Origin: Candidatus Methylomirabilota bacterium
GTDB lineage: Bacteria > Methylomirabilota > Methylomirabilia > Rokubacteriales > CSP1-6
Direction: 5' to 3'
Assembly (NCBI GenBank): GCA_035635755.1
Contig: DASQAK010000052.1
Coordinates: 6,236 to 70,235 of the forward strand
DNA: 64,000 nucleotides
Below, piece after piece: positions 59,006 through 64,000 of this stretch. The position numbers and the translations under genes were made by a program. Within the stretch, counting starts at the first letter, position 1. Every line of letters begins with the position of its first letter. The notes below the pieces were generated by a model. The model did not search any database, was not told the DNA's origin, and worked only from the letters and a program-made list of their open reading frames with translations.

Positions 59006-59214
59006 CGGCCGTTATGGTAGGCTATTCGGCGTCGTCATTCCAGAATTTTGAGGACCACGCTCCGACACGAGGTGCCACGAAACCTTGGAATCGCCGGACG
59101 ATGCCGCGCGGGTGATCGCCGTGGCCACCGTCGTGATCGCGCTGGTCTTCGTCGCATACGCGTGGAGCGGAGCCGACCTCTGCCTCTGGTGCGCGGTCCT
59201 CGGCCGGTAGCCGC
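59006..59214. promoter_or_regulatory. divergent intergenic region (lower GC) between minus-strand methyltransferase and plus-strand methyltransferase operon; contains a possible 41-codon small TM ORF (59084-59209, TTG start, 'CLWC')
   Basis: AT-richer stretch 'cattccagaattttgagga'. Small ORF 'LESPDDAARVIAVATVVIALVFVAYAWSGADLCLWCAVLGR' is hydrophobic. Speculative. Confidence 0.2.
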
Positions 59215-60159
59215 GTGAACCTCTACGACGATTTCCGCCCCGATGTCGTCGCTCTCCTCAAAGACCAAGAGGCGAAGCTCCCCGCCCCCGACGGGCAGGC
59301 GCGGAGCGGTGACAGGCTGGGCCCGCTCGGCCGCCTGCGGAGCCTCGCCGCCCTCTACGCGCTGGGGGCGCAGGTCAAGACGGGTCTGCACCGGCGTCTG
59401 GTCCACGCCGATCTCCGGCTCGGGTGGTTCGAGGAGTTCCAGAGGTACTGGATGGGCGAGCTGGGCTGTCGTCCCATCCACCCTCACGACTTCTACTTCC
59501 TCTCCGGCGTCTATCGCCAGCGCGCCCAGACCCTCTACTTCGAGCACCTCGAGCGCCCCGACCTCGCCTCCGACGACAAGCACCTGGATGCCTGGCGCGA
59601 TTCGCGCATGGTCTCGTACCTGTTCCTGCACGCCTATCGCCTCGCCCTTTCCCCCCTCCGCGTGCATCCCTTCGCCCGCTTCATCCCGCGCGGCGGCCGC
59701 GTGGCCGAGTACGGGTGCGGCGCCGCCCCCATCGTGACCGCCCTCGCCCGTCACTACCGCCACCTCGATCTCCAGCTGGTGGGCGCCGACATCCCGCACC
59801 TGCTCTTCCACTACGCGCGCTGGAAGTTCCGCGGGGACCGCTTCGTGAGCATGGTGCCGATTGTCCCGAACGACGACACGCCCCTGGCGGGGGAGTACGA
59901 CACGATCTTCTGCCTCGAGACCTTCGAGCACCTGCCCCGCCCGGTCGCCGTGGTCGAGCATCTCTACCGCGTGTTGAAGCCCGGCGGCTGCCTCGTCTTC
60001 GACTATGTCCGCTCCGACGGCACCGGGCTCGACACGGCCGCCGCGCTCCGCGATCGCGTCCCCGCCCTCGAGCTCATCCTGAGGCGCTTCGACATCGTCC
60101 AGGGCCGCGTGACGACGGAGGGCGTCCACGTCGACGCCACCGTGGCGCGGAAGCGCTGA
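59215..60159 (+). CDS. class I SAM-dependent methyltransferase with ~130-aa N-terminal extension
   Basis: 'VAEYGCGAAP' motif I, 'IFCLETFEHL', 'LKPGGCLVF'. Confidence 0.65.
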   Translation: MNLYDDFRPDVVALLKDQEAKLPAPDGQARSGDRLGPLGRLRSLAALYALGAQVKTGLHRRLVHADLRLGWFEEFQRYWMGELGCRPIHPHDFYFLSGVYRQRAQTLYFEHLERPDLASDDKHLDAWRDSRMVSYLFLHAYRLALSPLRVHPFARFIPRGGRVAEYGCGAAPIVTALARHYRHLDLQLVGADIPHLLFHYARWKFRGDRFVSMVPIVPNDDTPLAGEYDTIFCLETFEHLPRPVAVVEHLYRVLKPGGCLVFDYVRSDGTGLDTAAALRDRVPALELILRRFDIVQGRVTTEGVHVDATVARKR

Positions 60160-60177
60160 CCGGGGCCACAGGACGGC

Positions 60178-62352
60178 ATGACCCGCCGTCCCCTCTTGGC
60201 TCTCGCCGGGCTGTGGCTGGCCATCTGCGTCGCGGCCGCGGCCTGGGTCACCGTCGATAGACGCCCGCCCGAGTGGGACCACGCCAATCACCTGGAGCGC
60301 GCGGTGGACTGCTACCGCAATCTCCGCATCGTCACCGACTCGGGAGCGCGCGAGATCCTGGAGGCCTCGTCCTTCTATCCGCCGCTCGCCACCTGCGCCG
60401 CGGGCGCCCTCTACCTCGTCTTCCCCATCACGCCCCTGACTGCGCAGGTCGTCATGATGGCCTTTCTCGCCCTCGCCCTCGCCTGCGTCTACGGGCTCGG
60501 CCGCCGCCTTGCCGACGTCGAGACGGGACTCTGGGCCGCCTTCCTCCTCGCCACCGCGCCCTTCGTCGTCTTCTCGCTGACCAACTTCCAGCTCGATCTG
60601 CCCCTGGCCGCCATGGTGGCGCTGACGCTCTACGCCGTCATCCGAGCGGAGGATTTCGGGAGGCCCGGCTGGTCGCTCGCCCTGGGGGCGGCCCTCGGCC
60701 TCGGCATGCTGACCAAGCCGCCCTTCGCCGCCTATGTCGTCCCGTCCCTCCTCTGGAGCCTCGGGCGCGCCCTCGCCTCCCCCGAGCGCCGCCGGCGGCT
60801 CCTCTGGGCGGCCGGCGCGCTCGTGATGGGCGCGGCCCTGGCCCTTCCCTGGTATGGCCCCCGGCTCTTCGGACTCCCCGCCCAGATGCTCAATCGCTCC
60901 TTCAAGCAGGCCGCCGAGCAACAGAATCCCGACCCCCTGACGGCGGCGGCGCTCTCGTTCTACCCGCGGACCCTGCCGACCCAGCTCGGCCTCGTCGCCG
61001 CCTTCCTGCTCCTCTGGGGGCTGTGGACCCTCGGCAAGGAGGGGCGGACGGCCCGCGGCTTTCTCTGGCTCGCCACCCTGGGGCCCTTCGTGCTCTTCTC
61101 GCTGATCCAGAACAAGAACCTGCGCTACACGCTTCCCATCTTGCCGGCGGCCGTGCTCGTCGCGGCCAGGGGCTTGCGCGCGCTCCCGTCCGCGTGGCGC
61201 CGCGCCGCCGGCGCGGGCGCGCTGGCCGCGGGCGTTCTCCAGGTCTCGATGACGCTCTGGGCCCTGCCGCCACCACCCACCTTGCCCGGCATGATCTTGC
61301 CCCTGGCCATCGGCAGGCCGCCCAGCGGCGCCGACTGGCAGCACGATCGAATCCTGGCCGACCTCGGTCGCGCCAGCCGCGGCCACGCCGTCACCGTGGC
61401 CATCGTGCCGAACGACAACTTCTTCTCCGTGTCGAACTTTCGCTACGAGGTCGTGCGCCGCGGCCTGCCGTACCGGATGACGCGATCCTGGACCGACGCG
61501 CCCCTCGGCGTGGAGTTCGTGGTGCTCAAGACGGGCGCCCAGGGTCCATCCTATGCGGCGGCGCGGCCGGAGAGGATCAGCCGCGCCTTCACGGGCGGCG
61601 ATCCCTACTGGATGTCGGCCTTCCCCGTGATCGCGGAGTATCCATTGCCCGATGGGAGCACCGCCTCGCTCCGCGCGCGCCGCATCCCACCCCTCGTCGG
61701 AGTGACGCCCGGCGCCGTCGCCGAGCGCCTCGAGCGCGATCCCGCTGCCTTGCTCGCCGACAACGTCGACGACGCGCAGGGCTTGAAGGTCCGCCTCGAG
61801 TACCGGCCGCAAGGCATCCTGCGCGGCGAGATCGACCGGGCCGTGCTCACGGCGGAATCCGCCTTCGTGGGCGAGTTCGGCCGGCGCCGGCCCGCCCCCC
61901 TGCGGATGCGCGACATCTGGATCGAGGGGAAGGGTCTCGTCTTCAACCCGCAGCGCCTCATGCGCGAGGGGCGGCTCGAGATCCTGGACCTGAACGCCCT
62001 TGTGATCCGCAGCGTGACCGTCACCCAGGAGGATCTGAGCGAGTTCCTCCTGGATCAGCCCATCGGGAGCGGCATGAGCATCGCCCTCGAGGACGGCGCG
62101 GCCAAGGTGCGGGTGACACGCTTCGGGCCGACACTCAAGGCCCGCGTGCGCTTCGGCCCCGGCGACAGCGAGCGGCCCTTCACGCTGTCGGTGAGCCGGG
62201 TCAGCCTGGGAGGGATGACCGTGCCCGGCCCCTTCGTGAACTGGCTCATCCGCCATCTCGACCCGACCACGGCCTTGCGTCGCCTGCCCGTGCCCATCGT
62301 GCTCGAGCCGCCGCGCATCGTCGAGGGCAAGATCACTCTCGGCACAAACTGA
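60178..62352 (+). CDS. GT-C-fold membrane glycosyltransferase (PMT_2/ArnT-like) with ~300-aa C-terminal extracytoplasmic domain
   Basis: 724 aa. N-terminal ~400 aa polytopic with 'PPEWDHANHL...FYPPL'. C-terminal soluble domain of unknown function. Confidence 0.65.
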   Translation: MTRRPLLALAGLWLAICVAAAAWVTVDRRPPEWDHANHLERAVDCYRNLRIVTDSGAREILEASSFYPPLATCAAGALYLVFPITPLTAQVVMMAFLALALACVYGLGRRLADVETGLWAAFLLATAPFVVFSLTNFQLDLPLAAMVALTLYAVIRAEDFGRPGWSLALGAALGLGMLTKPPFAAYVVPSLLWSLGRALASPERRRRLLWAAGALVMGAALALPWYGPRLFGLPAQMLNRSFKQAAEQQNPDPLTAAALSFYPRTLPTQLGLVAAFLLLWGLWTLGKEGRTARGFLWLATLGPFVLFSLIQNKNLRYTLPILPAAVLVAARGLRALPSAWRRAAGAGALAAGVLQVSMTLWALPPPPTLPGMILPLAIGRPPSGADWQHDRILADLGRASRGHAVTVAIVPNDNFFSVSNFRYEVVRRGLPYRMTRSWTDAPLGVEFVVLKTGAQGPSYAAARPERISRAFTGGDPYWMSAFPVIAEYPLPDGSTASLRARRIPPLVGVTPGAVAERLERDPAALLADNVDDAQGLKVRLEYRPQGILRGEIDRAVLTAESAFVGEFGRRRPAPLRMRDIWIEGKGLVFNPQRLMREGRLEILDLNALVIRSVTVTQEDLSEFLLDQPIGSGMSIALEDGAAKVRVTRFGPTLKARVRFGPGDSERPFTLSVSRVSLGGMTVPGPFVNWLIRHLDPTTALRRLPVPIVLEPPRIVEGKITLGTN

Positions 62353-62434
62353 AAAGGCCGGCTATCTCGGCGCTGCTATGAGGGACCCCGCAGGCGGCTC
62401 AAAAAGGTCCCGATGCGAGGCGGCGCCCCGCGGT

Positions 62435-62486
62435 TCGAGGTGAGCGGCGGCCCCCGGCCGTCGCGAGACGAGAGCTGAGTTGATTC
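62435..62486 (+). repeat. conserved intergenic element, copy D
   Basis: 'TTCGAGGTGAGCGGCGGCCCCCGGCCGTCGCGAGACGAGAGCTGAGTTGATTC'. Followed by an AACGTAC-tttctg-GTACGTT hairpin (62495-62514) that echoes 'CGTACgtgggtgTACG' at 51927-51948. Confidence 0.6.
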
Positions 62487-62566
62487 GCAGGTGAAACGTA
62501 CTTTCTGTACGTTGAACCCGCGGCCGAGGGCGCCAACGAAGCAGATGGGCCTTTCTCAGCCGCCTG

Positions 62567-63298
62567 CTAGCTCAGCTTTACTTTGTCTCCGACCAGCGTC
62601 GCCAGGCGGACCATGGCCAGGATCTTGATGACCACCCACGATGGGTCGAACTCCGAGCGCCGGACGCTGAACTTGGGGCTCGACGGGTAGGCGTGGTGGT
62701 TGTTGTGCAGGCTCTCCCCGCCCGTGAGCCAGGCGAGGAGTCGGATGTTCGTGCCGGAGTTGTTCATGAAGTTCTTGCGTCCCCACCAGTGGCCGAGACC
62801 GTTGATGGAGGGGGCGAGGACGAAGACGTACAGGACGAGGTGCACGGCGACCACGAAGATTCCCCACGCGGGTCCGAGCACGAGCATGGCGAGGGCGAGA
62901 CCGATGATGCCCCCGAGGGTGCCCTTGGAGAAGATCCGCCGGTCCCACCAGTCTTCCTTGATGTCCTTGGCCCAGCGGGTCAGGGTCTCCGGGTTCCGGG
63001 CCTCGCGCACGTAGTAGTAAACGTTCCAGAGCTGGATGCGCCAGAAGCCGTGCACGAGAGGGCTGTGGGGATCCTTCTCGGTGTCCGTGAAGGCGTGGTG
63101 CTTGCGATGCACGGCCACCCACTGACGACGGTCCTGCCCCGTGGTGATCCACAGGATGATGCGGAAGAAGAAATCCGCGATGGGGTGCAGCGTGAGGGCG
63201 CGATGCGCGAGACCTCGATGCAGGTACACGGAGGTCGCAACCACCGCGCCTTGCGTGACCAGGACCGTGACGGCGACAGCCAGCAACGCTTTCAGCAC
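62567..63298 (-). CDS. fatty acid desaturase-family membrane protein (di-iron, three His boxes)
   Basis: 243 aa; His boxes 'HRGLAH', 'HRKHH', 'HNNHH'; hydrophobic N-terminus. Confidence 0.7.
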   Translation of the reverse strand: MLKALLAVAVTVLVTQGAVVATSVYLHRGLAHRALTLHPIADFFFRIILWITTGQDRRQWVAVHRKHHAFTDTEKDPHSPLVHGFWRIQLWNVYYYVREARNPETLTRWAKDIKEDWWDRRIFSKGTLGGIIGLALAMLVLGPAWGIFVVAVHLVLYVFVLAPSINGLGHWWGRKNFMNNSGTNIRLLAWLTGGESLHNNHHAYPSSPKFSVRRSEFDPSWVVIKILAMVRLATLVGDKVKLS

Positions 63299-63353
63299 GT
63301 AGGGGTCTCCTTTTTTTTCTCTGTCGTGAGCGCTCGTCGCCGGCCCGTCTTCG

Positions 63354-64000
63354 CTATCCCGCCAGTTTCGGGTCGAGGAGATCCCTCAGGCCGTCGCCAA
63401 GCAGGTTTAACCCTAGCACAGTCGAGGCGATCGCGGTGCCCGGAAAGATGGCAAACCAGGGAGACATGCTCAAAAAGGCTTGGGCCTCCCGGAGCATCAG
63501 GCCCCACGACGGATGCGGCGGCTGGGTGCCCAGGCCGAGATAGGACAGCGCTGCCTCGGCCAGGATGGCCACGGGGAAGCTGATGGTCGCCTGGACGATG
63601 AGCGGTGGCACCGTGTTGGGAAAGATGTGCCGGCCGACCAGGGTGGCGTCCCCCGCGCCGAGCGCCCGGGCCGCCAGCACGAACTCGCGGTCGCGCAGCT
63701 CCAGAAAGCTGGCGCGGGTGAGCCGCGCGAAGACGGGCAGGAAGCTCACGCCGATGGCGACCATGGTCATGGCGACACTTGGCCGGAACACCGCGGTGAT
63801 GAGGAGGGCGGAAAGGATGGCGGGAAAGCCCTGGACGGCGTCCATGAGACGCATGAACACCTCGTCGAGCCAGCCGCCGAAGTAGCCGGAAAGCATGCCG
63901 AGCAGGACGCCCAGGCCCATGCCGATGCCGACGGCGATGACCCCGACCAGGATCGACGTGACGGAGCCGATCATGACGCGCGAGAGCAGATCGCGGCCGA
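63354..64000 (-). CDS. ABC transporter permease (Dpp/Opp-type inner-membrane component), 5'-partial at window edge
   Basis: 'VIAVGIGMGLGVLLGMLSGYFGGWLDEVFMRLMDAVQGFPAILSALLI' binding-protein-dependent transport signature. ORF continues beyond 64000. Confidence 0.8.
   Translation of the reverse strand, partial: GRDLLSRVMIGSVTSILVGVIAVGIGMGLGVLLGMLSGYFGGWLDEVFMRLMDAVQGFPAILSALLITAVFRPSVAMTMVAIGVSFLPVFARLTRASFLELRDREFVLAARALGAGDATLVGRHIFPNTVPPLIVQATISFPVAILAEAALSYLGLGTQPPHPSWGLMLREAQAFLSMSPWFAIFPGTAIASTVLGLNLLGDGLRDLLDPKLAG

Noticed and set aside
59006-59214. Mobile element / integrase at island edge
   Set aside because: No transposase, integrase, or terminal inverted repeats recognisable anywhere in the window. 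The region is just a divergent promoter gap.
60273-62381. 702-aa plus-strand ORF
   Set aside because: Alternative frame of the GT-C glycosyltransferase gene; Arg/Pro-rich.
62353-62434. GGGACC…GGTCCC inverted repeat after the GT-C gene as rho-independent terminator
   Set aside because: Stem only 6 bp with 18-nt loop and no T-tract; not convincing. The adjacent conserved element and ACGTAC hairpin are better candidates.

Overview
High-GC (~70%) window dominated by a very large surface-glycan / glycosylation island. Almost all of it is one minus-strand gene array from ~50.2 kb down to ~1.4 kb. It is tightly translationally coupled: at least 20 gene junctions are 4-nt GTGA, ATGA or TTGA start/stop overlaps. 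Recognisable modules:

- Initiation, ligation and flipping: WbaP/WcaJ-type initiating phosphotransferase, WaaL/PglL-family (Wzy_C) ligase, Wzx-type flippase.
- GDP-L-fucose pathway: gmd and fcl.
- NDP-heptose pathway: transaldolase-family enzyme, GmhA, GmhB, and an HldE-like bifunctional enzyme with reversed domain order.
- Nonulosonic-acid (Neu/Leg/Pse-like) pathway:
  - NeuC-like, NeuB-like, NeuD-like and NeuA-like enzymes.
  - CBS-domain nucleotidyltransferase, DegT aminotransferase, DUF115/Maf-like putative transferase and an HP-motif GT-B transferase.
- Unusual tailoring enzymes: a B12-binding radical-SAM enzyme, a ThDP-dependent E1 alpha/beta pair, two nucleotide-sugar dehydrogenases (one lacking the catalytic Cys), two Gfo/Idh/MocA oxidoreductases, six SDR epimerases/dehydratases and one SDR oxidoreductase.
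- Glycosyltransferases: six GT4, five GT2 (one fused to a methyltransferase), and three paralogous GT-C (PMT/ArnT-like) membrane glycosyltransferases.
- About 13 class-I SAM methyltransferases.

A short plus-strand operon (two unknown proteins, a BFD-like [2Fe-2S] mini-protein, a Zn-ribbon methyltransferase, a GT2) sits inside the island. It is flanked by a family of conserved ~45-nt intergenic elements with a covarying central hairpin. A small, strongly codon-biased ORF with two 29-aa tandem repeats lies between a wHTH regulator and the DUF115 gene. The regulator gene and the flippase gene share an identical palindromic 5' motif. No rRNA, tRNA, CRISPR array or transposase was recognised. The right edge (62.5-64 kb) leaves the island: a fatty-acid-desaturase-family gene and a partial ABC permease. 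Many long six-frame ORFs are high-GC artefacts and were rejected.
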